From Chitinophaga pinensis (GTDB lineage Bacteria > Bacteroidota > Bacteroidia > Chitinophagales > UBA10324): a stretch of DNA of 64,000 nucleotides. Below, one piece after another: positions 10,419 through 19,528 of this stretch (its first letter is position 1; every line of letters starts with the position of its first letter). The position numbers were made by a program, and so were the translations under genes. The DNA lies in assembly GCA_945903305.1 (NCBI GenBank), contig CAMDOA010000002.1, forward strand, positions 54,704 to 118,703. Direction: 5' to 3'. The notes beneath the pieces are model-generated. The model saw only the letters and a program-made list of their open reading frames with translations. It was not told the origin of the DNA and searched no databases.

Positions 10419-10547
10419 TTGATAAATGAAAAATTAAAATGTAAAAATGAAAAATCATTCGCGCATTTGCGAGTTTGTACAATAGAAATTATTTCTGTTT
10501 AAAAAGAACTTGCAGTATTAACTAAACTGAAAATATTTTTCGCGCGA

Positions 10548-11423
10548 ATGAAACAATCAACTTATGCTTCGCGTGGGAAAATAGCACTTGATTTTTTTCT
10601 CATTGGCATTGGAATATTATGTGCGTCGGTTGGATTAAAAGGCTTCATACTTCCCAATCAGTTTACTGATGGAGGCATAACAGGCATTTCCATTTTATCA
10701 TCATTAGCCAGTAACACCTCCGTTTCTGTCTGGATCATACTTTTCAATATCCCGTTTGTTATTTTGGGTTACAGGCAAATCAGTTGGGCATTCGCTTTAA
10801 AATCGGCAATCGGAATTTTAGGTTTAGCCATCGCCTTATTATTTATTCAGCTTCCGGTTATTACTGAAGATAAATTATTGATTGCGGTTTTCGGTGGATT
10901 CTTTCTCGGTGCCGGAATTGGTTTTGCTATTCGTGGTGGTGGAGTTTTAGACGGTACTGAAGTATTAGCGCTTGCATTGAGCAAACGGTTTTCATTTTCG
11001 ATTGGCGATATTATTCTGGTTATAAATCTGTTTATCTTTTCAGTTGCTGCTTTTTATTTAGGAATGGAAGCGGCGCTTTATTCAGTACTCACTTATCTGG
11101 CCGCGAGCAAAACGGTAGATTTTATTGTTCAGGGAATTGAAGAATACACCAGCGTAATGGTCATCTCTGAAAAAAATGAAGAGATACGAAGAGGAGTGAT
11201 TGAAGTAATGGGCCGTGGTGTTACCATATTGAAAGGCGAACGGGGTTTTGGCTTTCATGGCGAGCACGGCGATTTAAAAATTGTTTATTGTGTGCTTACC
11301 CGATTGGAAATTCCAAAGCTGAAAGCCATCATTCACAAATTAGACCCCGGTGCTTTTATAGTAGTTCAAAGTGTGAACGAAGTTCGTGGCGGCATGGTGA
11401 AGAAGCGCTCGTTTCATCACTGA
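10548..11423 (+). CDS. YitT-family membrane protein (DUF2179 C-terminal domain)
   Basis: 291 aa. Multiple TM helices with repeated GG.T/GG.LDGTE motifs and a soluble C-terminal domain (VMVISEK..I...GRGVT.L.G.RG). Confidence 0.8.
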   Translation: MKQSTYASRGKIALDFFLIGIGILCASVGLKGFILPNQFTDGGITGISILSSLASNTSVSVWIILFNIPFVILGYRQISWAFALKSAIGILGLAIALLFIQLPVITEDKLLIAVFGGFFLGAGIGFAIRGGGVLDGTEVLALALSKRFSFSIGDIILVINLFIFSVAAFYLGMEAALYSVLTYLAASKTVDFIVQGIEEYTSVMVISEKNEEIRRGVIEVMGRGVTILKGERGFGFHGEHGDLKIVYCVLTRLEIPKLKAIIHKLDPGAFIVVQSVNEVRGGMVKKRSFHH

Positions 11424-11454
11424 GTTTAAAGTTATTTGTTTCTAAGAAGGCACT

Positions 11455-11708
11455 AAATTGTTTTTCAGCCCTCGTATAAATATTTTTTAATTCATAAATC
11501 CGGTTTTCCATATTGTTCAACCCTTCATTTATTGTAGTGTTTTTTTTGTCCGCTGTTTGTCTTCATTCCATTCTAAAGTGTTAATCGAATACTCAGTAGC
11601 ATATTCTGCTTTTACCCTGTTTACAATAATTCTTAAATAAACCGGATGCTTTTCTTCATTTCCTTTCTTTTCATTCAGGTAGAACTTAAAGGTGATTTTT
11701 TTTCATGA
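11455..11708 (-). pseudogene. Remnant of a Bacteroidota tyrosine integrase (N-terminal arm-binding domain only; frameshifted and truncated)
   Basis: Minus-strand translation gives KKITFKFYLNEKKGNEEKHPVYLRIIVNRVKAEYATEYSINTLEWNEDKQRTKK, then a stop. After a frame change it continues INEGLNNMENRIYELKNIYTRAEKQ. The ATG at 11706-11708 is followed by an A8 run that puts it out of frame. No catalytic domain follows before yitT. Confidence 0.7.
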
Positions 11709-11710
11709 GG

Positions 11711-11782
11711 TGAAACATTTCAGCAAGAGGAGAAACATTGGTGAAACAAATTCAGGTAAAAAGTGAAACAAGGTGAAACAAA
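11711..11782. repeat. Five direct copies of GTGAAACA(A/T) between the integrase stub and tRNA-Asp
   Basis: ggtgaaacat 11711, gagaaacat 11732, ggtgaaacaa 11742, agtgaaacaa 11763, ggtgaaacaa 11773. Confidence 0.75.
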
Positions 11783-11790
11783 TAGAAAAG

Positions 11791-11813
11791 CCAATCATTC
11801 ATCATGATTGGCT
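11791..11813 (-). terminator. Hairpin terminator downstream of tRNA-Asp
   Basis: Stem gccaatcat / atgattggc. On the minus strand it is followed by ttttc. Confidence 0.55.
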
Positions 11814-11847
11814 TTCAATGGATTAAACTTCATTTGAAGTTTCCGAG

Positions 11848-11921
11848 CGGTCTGGATGGGACTCGAACCCACGACCTCCGCCGTGACAGGGCAGCATTCT
11901 AACCAACTAAACTACCAGACC
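11848..11921 (-). tRNA. tRNA-Asp (anticodon GTC)
   Basis: The reverse complement GGTCTGGTAGTTTAGTTGGTTAGAATGCTGCCCTGTCACGGCGGAGGTCGTGGGTTCGAGTCCCATCCAGACCG folds as a cloverleaf. Anticodon loop is CTGTCAC and T-loop is TTCGAGT. CCA is not encoded. Confidence 0.93.
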
Positions 11922-11938
11922 AGTTTTTTTGGGAGTCG

Positions 11939-11946
11939 CAAATGTA
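11939..11946 (-). promoter_or_regulatory. Consensus -7 box TACATTTG for tRNA-Asp
   Basis: Exact TAnnTTTG match 17 nt upstream of the mature tRNA 5' end. Confidence 0.55.
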
Positions 11947-12065
11947 AATGAATTAAGTTCCTATCAAAATTCTATGGAAAAAAATTAAGCAGAAAATTTA
12001 ATGTGTAAGCAAACAAGACATTTCACTACTGCTTTCCTTTATTTGTAGAAATTAAAATTTTAATA

Positions 12066-13865
12066 ATGAGATATTATTTTATAACGCTAATGACTGTTTT
12101 TCTTTTCACGAAAGAAATTAACGGACAAATTCATTCCATTATACCATTTCCAGCTGAAATGGAACTGAAACAGGGGAATTTTCTTTTTTCAAATTCTGTA
12201 AATATTGTTTTTGATAAAGCGATGTTTATCAATTCAAACTATTTGAATTCGTACCTGGCAAAACAATACACAGTTCGCCCCCAGTTAACAGAAGAACCTA
12301 AAAATTATATTGCGCTTCGGTTAAATACTAAAAACAATAAAACAAATTCAAACGAAGCTTATCATCTTTTAATCACGAATGACAGTATCGTAATAAGTGG
12401 ATCGGAAGCAGGTGTTTTTTATGGTATTCAGACACTGCTGCAACTAATGCCATCAGAACCAAAACAACAGTTTGAAATTCCATGCATGTCTATATATGAT
12501 TATCCGCGATTTGATTGGAGAGGAATGCATCTTGATTGTTCGCGCCATTTTTTTTCGGTAGCATTTGTTAAAAAATACATTGATATGATGGCATTTTATA
12601 AAATGAATAAATTTCACTGGCATTTAACCGATGATCAGGGTTGGCGAATAGAAATAAAACAATATCCGAAACTTACTGAAATCGGTAGCAGGAGAAAGGA
12701 AACTATTGTTGAAAAAAATTTTGACCCTTATGTTGGTGATAAAATTCCATACGAAGGATTTTATAACCAACAACAAATTAAAGAGATTGTCAGCTATGCA
12801 GCCGCTCGTCAGGTAACCATCATTCCTGAAATTGAAATGCCGGGCCATTCGCAGGCCGCCATTGCTGCTTACCCTGAATTAGCTTGTTACGGAATGAGTT
12901 ATAATGTGCTTACTATTTGGGGAGTTAGTGAGGTAGTGCTATGTCCTACACCGGAGGTTATTCAGTTTTATAAAAATATTTTGGATGAAGTTATGGCGTT
13001 GTTTCCAGGGCAATACATACATATTGGTGGCGATGAAGTTTCTCCTGATCATTGGAAAAAAAGTAAGCAGGTAACTGACTTAATGATTAAAGAAAATTTA
13101 AAAACATATCATGAAGTGGAGGCCTATTTTATTAAATCGATAGAACTGCATATCATTTCAAAAGGCAAAAAAATGATTGGATGGGACGAAATATTGGATG
13201 GTGGTGTATCTGAAAGCGCCACAATTATGAGTTGGCGAGGCGTAGAAGGTGGAATTGCTGCTGCACAAAAAGGCAACTATGCTGTAATGACACCTGGTGA
13301 ATATTGTTATTTTGATCACTGCCAATCGAAAAATTTAAACGAACCTATTTGTATTGGTGGGTTTCTTCCGATAGAAAAAGTATATCAGTACGAACCTGTT
13401 CCTTCTGTTTTATCGGCTGAACATTCGAAATATATTTTAGGTGCTCAGGCAAATGTTTGGACTGAATATTTAACTACGCCCGAACAAGTGGAATACATGA
13501 TTTTCCCGAGGATAATGGCTTTGTCGGAAGTTGTTTGGTCGCAAAAATCATCGCATGATTGGTGGGATTTTGTTGGTAGAATGCAAAGCCATTTTTCTTT
13601 TATGGAACTCAGAAAACAAAATTACAGAGTACCTGAACCGGAAATTCAATTACGATTGCAAATTGAAAATAAATATGTCGTGGGCATTTCATCGCTCATG
13701 CATAGCGCACAATATTATTATACAACTGACGGCAGTGAACCTAATACCACTTCAATTAAATATTCAGAACCATTCGAAATAACAATTACCGATTCTCAAA
13801 AAATAAAAGCTATAGCCATTACAAATTCAGGTAAAAAAAGTATCGTAGTTGAAAAAAGCAAATAG
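12066..13865 (+). CDS. Beta-N-acetylhexosaminidase (GH20), secreted
   Basis: 599 aa. Signal peptide, GH20 N-domain, catalytic-domain motifs RGMHLDCSRHF, FHWHLTDDQGWR and HIGGDEV. Confidence 0.92.
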   Translation: MRYYFITLMTVFLFTKEINGQIHSIIPFPAEMELKQGNFLFSNSVNIVFDKAMFINSNYLNSYLAKQYTVRPQLTEEPKNYIALRLNTKNNKTNSNEAYHLLITNDSIVISGSEAGVFYGIQTLLQLMPSEPKQQFEIPCMSIYDYPRFDWRGMHLDCSRHFFSVAFVKKYIDMMAFYKMNKFHWHLTDDQGWRIEIKQYPKLTEIGSRRKETIVEKNFDPYVGDKIPYEGFYNQQQIKEIVSYAAARQVTIIPEIEMPGHSQAAIAAYPELACYGMSYNVLTIWGVSEVVLCPTPEVIQFYKNILDEVMALFPGQYIHIGGDEVSPDHWKKSKQVTDLMIKENLKTYHEVEAYFIKSIELHIISKGKKMIGWDEILDGGVSESATIMSWRGVEGGIAAAQKGNYAVMTPGEYCYFDHCQSKNLNEPICIGGFLPIEKVYQYEPVPSVLSAEHSKYILGAQANVWTEYLTTPEQVEYMIFPRIMALSEVVWSQKSSHDWWDFVGRMQSHFSFMELRKQNYRVPEPEIQLRLQIENKYVVGISSLMHSAQYYYTTDGSEPNTTSIKYSEPFEITITDSQKIKAIAITNSGKKSIVVEKSK

Positions 13866-13901
13866 TTTTTTATTCTAATTAATTCAGCTTATAAATAAAT
13901 T

Positions 13902-14897
13902 TTAATTAGTTGTATCTGACACCAGCACTTCTGAATTTCTGATTGTATCATTTGTAAAGGGCACCTGACCAGATCTGAGCCAGGTTTTAATTTCGTTTTC
14001 GTTTAAATCAATATATAAACTTCTGAACTTAACAGTGTCGTTTTGAACCCAAAAAATAGCCGGCAAACTTCCACCAACAAACGAGTAAAAATCAGCGTTA
14101 TTAAAATAAGAGTGTGAAATATTCTGTGCTTTACTAAAATCAAAAAACTCTTTATGGTGCTTAACCGAATCGCCATGCAACAAAATATAAAACGGAAAAT
14201 CCTGATTCCGCTGTTGTAACACATGCATTTTCAGCGCACTCATTTTGCAATGCCCACAAGTTAAAGACATGAATGCCACTATTTTTTTTCCGGAAGATAA
14301 ATCAATGGCAGGTTTAACAATGGTTGTGTCAGAATAAATTCTTTTCAACTGCAAGGGATAATTTACTGCCCCTGTTCTATGCCCGCTGATTAATGCGTCG
14401 GGAACATTTAAAATATATGGCGCAGTGAAAGAGATTGAAAAAATAAATGGAATCAAAAAATATTTTCCCGGCATAACAAATCGGGCAGGAAACAAATGAA
14501 TAGTTATTAATATCAGAAGCATAATTATGTTTTTTGCAATTGATTCAAGCGGTGTCATTTGCAGGTAGGTTCCAAAACATCCGCAATTTCCATTATTGCC
14601 AATAGTTATCAATTGATAAATCAAGTAGGCGGTAAAAAATAACAGAATACCATAAGTAGCTTTGATAGTGAATTTATTCATTCCTAAATTTAAAATAAGC
14701 AACACACCCAGTAAAAATTCGAAACCAATTAATCCGCGCGCAATGATGGGGGCTGTGTACCAATTGGCAATACCTAAATCAATAAAATTTAATTCGAATG
14801 GTTCTATTGGAAATAACTTCAAGTATCCGGATGCAATAAATATTAATCCTAATAAAATTCGGATGGAATGGGCGAAAATAATTTTGATAAAATGCAT
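13902..14897 (-). CDS. MauE/DoxX-like membrane domain fused to a thioredoxin-like CxxC domain
   Basis: N-terminal polytopic part contains GNCGCFG. C-terminal part contains FMSLTCGHCK. I chose the ATG at 14897 because the upstream GTG (14915) lies inside the terminator hairpin of the preceding gene. Confidence 0.75.
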   Translation of the reverse strand: MHFIKIIFAHSIRILLGLIFIASGYLKLFPIEPFELNFIDLGIANWYTAPIIARGLIGFEFLLGVLLILNLGMNKFTIKATYGILLFFTAYLIYQLITIGNNGNCGCFGTYLQMTPLESIAKNIIMLLILITIHLFPARFVMPGKYFLIPFIFSISFTAPYILNVPDALISGHRTGAVNYPLQLKRIYSDTTIVKPAIDLSSGKKIVAFMSLTCGHCKMSALKMHVLQQRNQDFPFYILLHGDSVKHHKEFFDFSKAQNISHSYFNNADFYSFVGGSLPAIFWVQNDTVKFRSLYIDLNENEIKTWLRSGQVPFTNDTIRNSEVLVSDTTN

Positions 14898-14934
14898 AAA
14901 AAAAGAAAAGGCCACCTGTGTTAAGGTGGCCTTT
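14897..14934 (-). terminator. Rho-independent terminator of the small Cys-rich lipoprotein gene
   Basis: Stem aaaggccacct / aggtggccttt. A T-run follows on the minus strand. Confidence 0.75.
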
Positions 14935-14952
14935 AAAATTTAACTAATCAGT

Positions 14953-15165
14953 TTAGTTGCTCAATGAACAAGAACCACTAGCTCCTAATGCAGCGCTTGA
15001 AGCATCGCATGCATCAGTGGCGGCTTTCTTAGAAGTTTTTCCATAGTCAGAAGAAACTGATGTTCCTCCTGTAATGGTGCAAGTACATGTGTAATTTTTC
15101 TTACAAGAAGTAAACAGCACTGCTACGAAAGCAACACCGGCAATAAGGGTTAATACTTTTTTCAT
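14953..15165 (-). CDS. Small Cys-rich lipoprotein (70 aa)
   Basis: Signal peptide with lipobox LFTSC. The approx 50-aa mature part carries six further Cys residues (CTCT, DACD, GSCS). It has its own terminator. Confidence 0.6.
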   Translation of the reverse strand: MKKVLTLIAGVAFVAVLFTSCKKNYTCTCTITGGTSVSSDYGKTSKKAATDACDASSAALGASGSCSLSN

Positions 15166-15305
15166 GATTTTAAAAATTTTAGTTTTTGTTTGTGGCTCAA
15201 ATATTAAGTGAAGATTTAATTAAAGCAAGTTTGCAGCAACTGTTTTAAAAAAGTATTCTTCCAAAAAGGTAAATTTTATTCAAAAAAAGAAACAGGTTTT
15301 AAAAA

Positions 15306-16460
15306 TTACCTGGATATTAAAGGCAGATATAAACTGAGATAATCATTTATTATTTTTTCTTTTGAAAATTTGCTAATTGAATGTGCCCGACAAATAGCCG
15401 GTTCATACTGCGTGTGATTTAAATAAATATTTTTCATTGCTTCAAACAATTGGGGTTCATTATCCGGCTCAATCATAATGCCTGCCTTTGAGTTAAAATT
15501 TTCGGGTATCCCGCCAACTTTTGTCACAATTACCGGCTTACCACACAACCATGTTTCGGCCATTACCAAGCTCATGGTTTCGAAAGCACTGAATAATACT
15601 AAAGCATACGATTTATTGATAAGCAGATTTAGTTGTTCCGGAGTTTGAAAAGGCAAAAACTCAACTGTATCTGCTAACAGAGAATTATTTAAACACAGAT
15701 TTTGCAAAGCTTGTTTTTCATAACCTTCACCAACCAAAATCAATTTTGTTTTTATACCACTTTCAAGCAATGCTTGAAATGCTTTGATGATTTTCGATAC
15801 TTGTTTCTCTTTCGCAAAATTGGAAATATGTATGAATCCCTGTGGTTGAATAGTATTATTTATTGGAAAAAACTTCTCGGATTGAAGGGCATTCGGTACC
15901 ACATAAAAACTTTTAATTAATTGATGTTTAACTAAACTTTCGCCCAGCGCACTTGAAACAGTAACTACAGCATTTGCATTTTTAAAAATTTTACGCGCTG
16001 TCAGTTTATTCAAAAATCCTTGGTAACGGCCATCCTCTTTCAGATATCCTGACCAATGTTCTGTAACTATAAACGGAAGATTAAATTTTTTCTTTAATTC
16101 AAGCGCAAACAATCCGGCATTTAAAGCAACCTGAACATGAACAACTTCCGGAATAAATCCATCAGCTTTCATTTTATTGAACCCATAATTATATGCCTGA
16201 TAAAAGGCTTTTAATTTATAGAAAGAAGAAAATAGTCCTGCTTTAATTTTAGGATAGTAAACAAAGTATTCCTGAAAACCGACCTGATTATTTATTTCCA
16301 ATTCTATTTTAGTAGATGATTCAGATGAAACAGCATATAAAATTTTTACTTCCACTTTATCACCAATCGATTCAGCAAACCGGCGAATGAATATTCCGTT
16401 TGTATCATGCACTTTTGATGGATACCAGGAAGGGAGTAACAAAATTTTTGGTCGAATCAC
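15306..16460 (-). CDS. Glycosyltransferase family 4 (GT-B)
   Basis: 384 aa. N-terminus ILLLPSWYPS and C-terminal GT1/GT4 core (LILVGEG, E.MSLV.AE....G.PVI.T.VGG.PE). The GTG start overlaps the upstream TGA by 4 nt. Confidence 0.85.
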   Translation of the reverse strand: MIRPKILLLPSWYPSKVHDTNGIFIRRFAESIGDKVEVKILYAVSSESSTKIELEINNQVGFQEYFVYYPKIKAGLFSSFYKLKAFYQAYNYGFNKMKADGFIPEVVHVQVALNAGLFALELKKKFNLPFIVTEHWSGYLKEDGRYQGFLNKLTARKIFKNANAVVTVSSALGESLVKHQLIKSFYVVPNALQSEKFFPINNTIQPQGFIHISNFAKEKQVSKIIKAFQALLESGIKTKLILVGEGYEKQALQNLCLNNSLLADTVEFLPFQTPEQLNLLINKSYALVLFSAFETMSLVMAETWLCGKPVIVTKVGGIPENFNSKAGIMIEPDNEPQLFEAMKNIYLNHTQYEPAICRAHSISKFSKEKIINDYLSLYLPLISR

Positions 16461-18607
16461 TTGATTGTTGTTGCTCTGAATTTTAAACGAACTGAATTTC
16501 CAATAACTACCACATCAGAAAATGCCATGGATAAAGCAGCAATGGCCGGAGTTAACAATCCAAAAGCTGCTGCAGGTATAGCAAGTACATTGTAAAAAAA
16601 AGCCCAAAATAAATTTTGCTTAATTGTTTGAAGTGTAATGCGCCCAATTGAAAAGGCGGAAATTAAACCGGATAAATTTCCATTGAGTAAAATTATTTGC
16701 GCTGAATCAATGGCTACCTGAGTTCCATTACTTAATGAAATTCCCAAATTAGCTTGCGCTAATGCCGGTGCATCATTAATACCATCGCCAACCATGGCAG
16801 TAGGCGATTTCAAAATGCATTTCCGGATAAAGGCCAGTTTTTCATCCGGTTTTTGCTGAGCGTGGTATTCGTCAATATGCAAACTGGAAGCTACCGTTTC
16901 GCATCTTTCTTTTTTATCGCCACTAAGCATTATTGTTTTTATGTCTTTTGATTTCAGAAAATCAATCAGTTGTTTAGCTTCCGGTTTTATTTCGTCTTCT
17001 AATGAAACTACTGCTATTAATTTTTCATTTTTTAAAACGAAAATGTGTAACAGGTTTTCGTTTAAAGTTCTACCATATTCTACCCATTCATTTTCAGAAT
17101 TACACATGCTGCTTAATCCGATTGAAAACAGGTTACCCGTTTCATCAGTACCTGAAATTCCGACTCCTTTTTTTTCGTGAATATTACTAAAAGTTTTTGC
17201 CTGATGATTCACCAATTCTTTCAATATTGATTTAGCAATCGGGTGCGAAGAATATTTTTCTAATCCAACTAAAACAGATTTTATTTCATCAGCATTTCCT
17301 TCTATAATTTTTAACTCGCTAATTCGGAAATCGCCGGTTGTTAAAGTTCCGGTTTTATCAAACACAACTTGCTTTATGGTGGAAAGCACTTCTAATGTAT
17401 CGGCTCCCCTTATTAAAATTCCTTTTTGAGCGCTTCTTCCCAAACCGACCATCACGGCGGTGGGCGTGGCTAATCCCATGGCACACGGACAAGCAATAAT
17501 CAGTACCGCAATCGAATTCATTACGCTTTGTGAAAATACGGATGCAAGAAAAAAATAATTCAAAAAAAAAGTTACAACTGCAACACTTATTACTGCCGGA
17601 ACAAACCAAGCAGTTATTTTATCAGCTGTTTTCTGAAGTTTTGGTTTTTGCAATTGCGCTTTCTTTACCAATTCAATTATCCCGCTAAGTGTAGATTGTT
17701 TTCCAACAGCCGTAACTTTAATTTTTATGGTGCCTGAAATGAGCGTGGTGCCGCCAATAACCATTTCATCCTGTCTTTTTTTTACAGGCATACTTTCTCC
17801 GGTAATCATCGATTCATCGGCATCACCATTTCCCCAAACTATTATCCCATCGGCGGCTATTTTGTCGCCGGCATTTATTAATAAATAATTTCCTGAATCA
17901 ATTTGGTTAATATTCACTTCAGTTATTACTTCAAATCGTTCATCGCCAAAAAAACTAATCAGCTTAGTGGTAGCCGGTTGCAATTTTAATAATGAATTAA
18001 TGGCGGTTCGTGTCTGCAACACAGCTCGTTTTTCAATTAAATTTCCCAATAAAACAAGTGTAATTATTGACGAAGATGTTTCAAAAAAAATATCACTTGT
18101 ATTTCCAAAAATAAATTGCTGAATTATCGAATACAGAAAGGCCGCATTACTCCCGATAAAAATTAAAACATCCATATTGGGGGCACGAAATTTTACAGAA
18201 GCGAATGCGCTTTTTCCAAAATGCCAGACGCCTAACAGATATACCGGTGTGGCAATAGCTAATTGAAAATAATAATGATGAAACATTGGGATGGGAAAAA
18301 ACATACCCAACCAAAATGGAAGCGTAAAAAATAAACTGAAATAAAATTTAGATTCAATTGTGAACAGAAAATGATTAGCTAAAGTTTTATCCGAATCATC
18401 AATTACCTGGTACCCTAACTCCCTGATTCCTGATTTTACCTGCGATAACATTTGCGGTTCCATACCTATAAATCTTGCTTCGCCCGATGCGAAATCAACA
18501 ACCACATCGCGAAGTCCCTTGCTCTGTAAAAACTTTGAAACAGTATTTGCACACGACGAACAAGTCATCCCCTCAATCTTTAATTCTGTATTTTCAACAT
18601 GGCTCAT
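16457..18607 (-). CDS. Heavy-metal (Cu+-type) translocating P1B-type ATPase
   Basis: 716 aa. N-terminal HMA domain GMTCSSCANTV, TM CPC motif IACPCAMGLATP, phosphorylation site DKTGTLT, and hinge GDGINDAPAL. Confidence 0.93.
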   Translation of the reverse strand: MSHVENTELKIEGMTCSSCANTVSKFLQSKGLRDVVVDFASGEARFIGMEPQMLSQVKSGIRELGYQVIDDSDKTLANHFLFTIESKFYFSLFFTLPFWLGMFFPIPMFHHYYFQLAIATPVYLLGVWHFGKSAFASVKFRAPNMDVLIFIGSNAAFLYSIIQQFIFGNTSDIFFETSSSIITLVLLGNLIEKRAVLQTRTAINSLLKLQPATTKLISFFGDERFEVITEVNINQIDSGNYLLINAGDKIAADGIIVWGNGDADESMITGESMPVKKRQDEMVIGGTTLISGTIKIKVTAVGKQSTLSGIIELVKKAQLQKPKLQKTADKITAWFVPAVISVAVVTFFLNYFFLASVFSQSVMNSIAVLIIACPCAMGLATPTAVMVGLGRSAQKGILIRGADTLEVLSTIKQVVFDKTGTLTTGDFRISELKIIEGNADEIKSVLVGLEKYSSHPIAKSILKELVNHQAKTFSNIHEKKGVGISGTDETGNLFSIGLSSMCNSENEWVEYGRTLNENLLHIFVLKNEKLIAVVSLEDEIKPEAKQLIDFLKSKDIKTIMLSGDKKERCETVASSLHIDEYHAQQKPDEKLAFIRKCILKSPTAMVGDGINDAPALAQANLGISLSNGTQVAIDSAQIILLNGNLSGLISAFSIGRITLQTIKQNLFWAFFYNVLAIPAAAFGLLTPAIAALSMAFSDVVVIGNSVRLKFRATTIK

Positions 18608-18652
18608 GCATCAAATTTAGATGCAAAATGCTATTCAACATGATTAGAAGTT

Positions 18653-18660
18653 GATATTTG
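18653..18660 (+). promoter_or_regulatory. Candidate -7 box GATATTTG for the SOD gene
   Basis: Near-consensus box 21 nt upstream of the ATG at 18681. It lies inside the longer TTG-started ORF, which argues for the 18681 start. Confidence 0.35.
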
Positions 18661-18680
18661 CAGCCAATAAAAAATTACTC

Positions 18681-19388
18681 ATGGAAAATACACGACGAGA
18701 TTTTATTAAAACATCAGTATTAGCAGCCGGAGCTTTAACTTTTGGTTTGAACGGAAACGCGGTTGGCTCAAATGAATATCCTTACACACTTCCTGCATTG
18801 CCATATGGCTTCAATGCGTTGGAACCCTTCATTGATGAAAAAACAATGATGATCCATCACGGGAAACATCACCAGACTTATACCGATAAATTAAATGCTG
18901 CGCTGGAAAAATTTCCTGATTATCAGAGTAAAGGATTGCAAAATTTATTTGCACAAATCACCCTGCTTCCGGTTGAATTAAAAACAGCCATACAAAATAA
19001 TGGCGGCGGATATTGGAATCATAGTTTTTTCTGGCAAATACTTTCTCCAGTTAAAAAAGAACCTTCGGAGGAACTGCTTGCCGCCATTACAAAATCTTTT
19101 GAAAATATGGACAAATTAAAATCAGAAATGATAGCTGCTGGTCTTTCAGTTTTTGGTTCAGGTTGGGTATGGCTAATAGAAACAGCGCAAAAGGATTTGA
19201 AAATAGTTACCACCACCAATCAAAATAACCCAATGATGGGCGATGCAAATGATAAAGGCGCACCTATTTTAGGCATTGATGTATGGGAACACTCTTATTA
19301 TTTAAAATATCAAAACAAGCGTGTCGAATACTTTAATGGAATTTGGAATGTGATAGACTGGCATCGGGTTTCAGCATTATATTTTTAA
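18681..19388 (+). CDS. sodA: Fe/Mn superoxide dismutase with twin-arginine (Tat) signal peptide
   Basis: MENTRRDFIKTSVLAAGALTF Tat motif, then the SOD core (LPYGFNALEPFID..TM..HHGKHH, GGG.WNHS.FW, GIDVWEHSYYL.YQN.R). Confidence 0.9.
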   Translation: MENTRRDFIKTSVLAAGALTFGLNGNAVGSNEYPYTLPALPYGFNALEPFIDEKTMMIHHGKHHQTYTDKLNAALEKFPDYQSKGLQNLFAQITLLPVELKTAIQNNGGGYWNHSFFWQILSPVKKEPSEELLAAITKSFENMDKLKSEMIAAGLSVFGSGWVWLIETAQKDLKIVTTTNQNNPMMGDANDKGAPILGIDVWEHSYYLKYQNKRVEYFNGIWNVIDWHRVSALYF

Positions 19389-19528
19389 TTTTTCGTTTAA
19401 CAAATATTGTTTGTTGAACACAGAATCAATAAATAATCTGCCTGTTTAAACAAAAAAGTCAACGCACTAAATTTTATTTAATATCCGCAATAGCGAATGG
19501 CATTTTGCACCATAAAAAATATTGAGCT

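Noticed and set aside
9100-12065. An intact prophage, ICE or genomic island integrated at tRNA-Asp.
   Set aside because: Only about 250 bp of the integrase N-terminus survive. The flanking genes (yitT, trmH-family, bioD, GH20) are ordinary chromosomal genes, and I did not see a second copy of the tRNA 3' half in the window.
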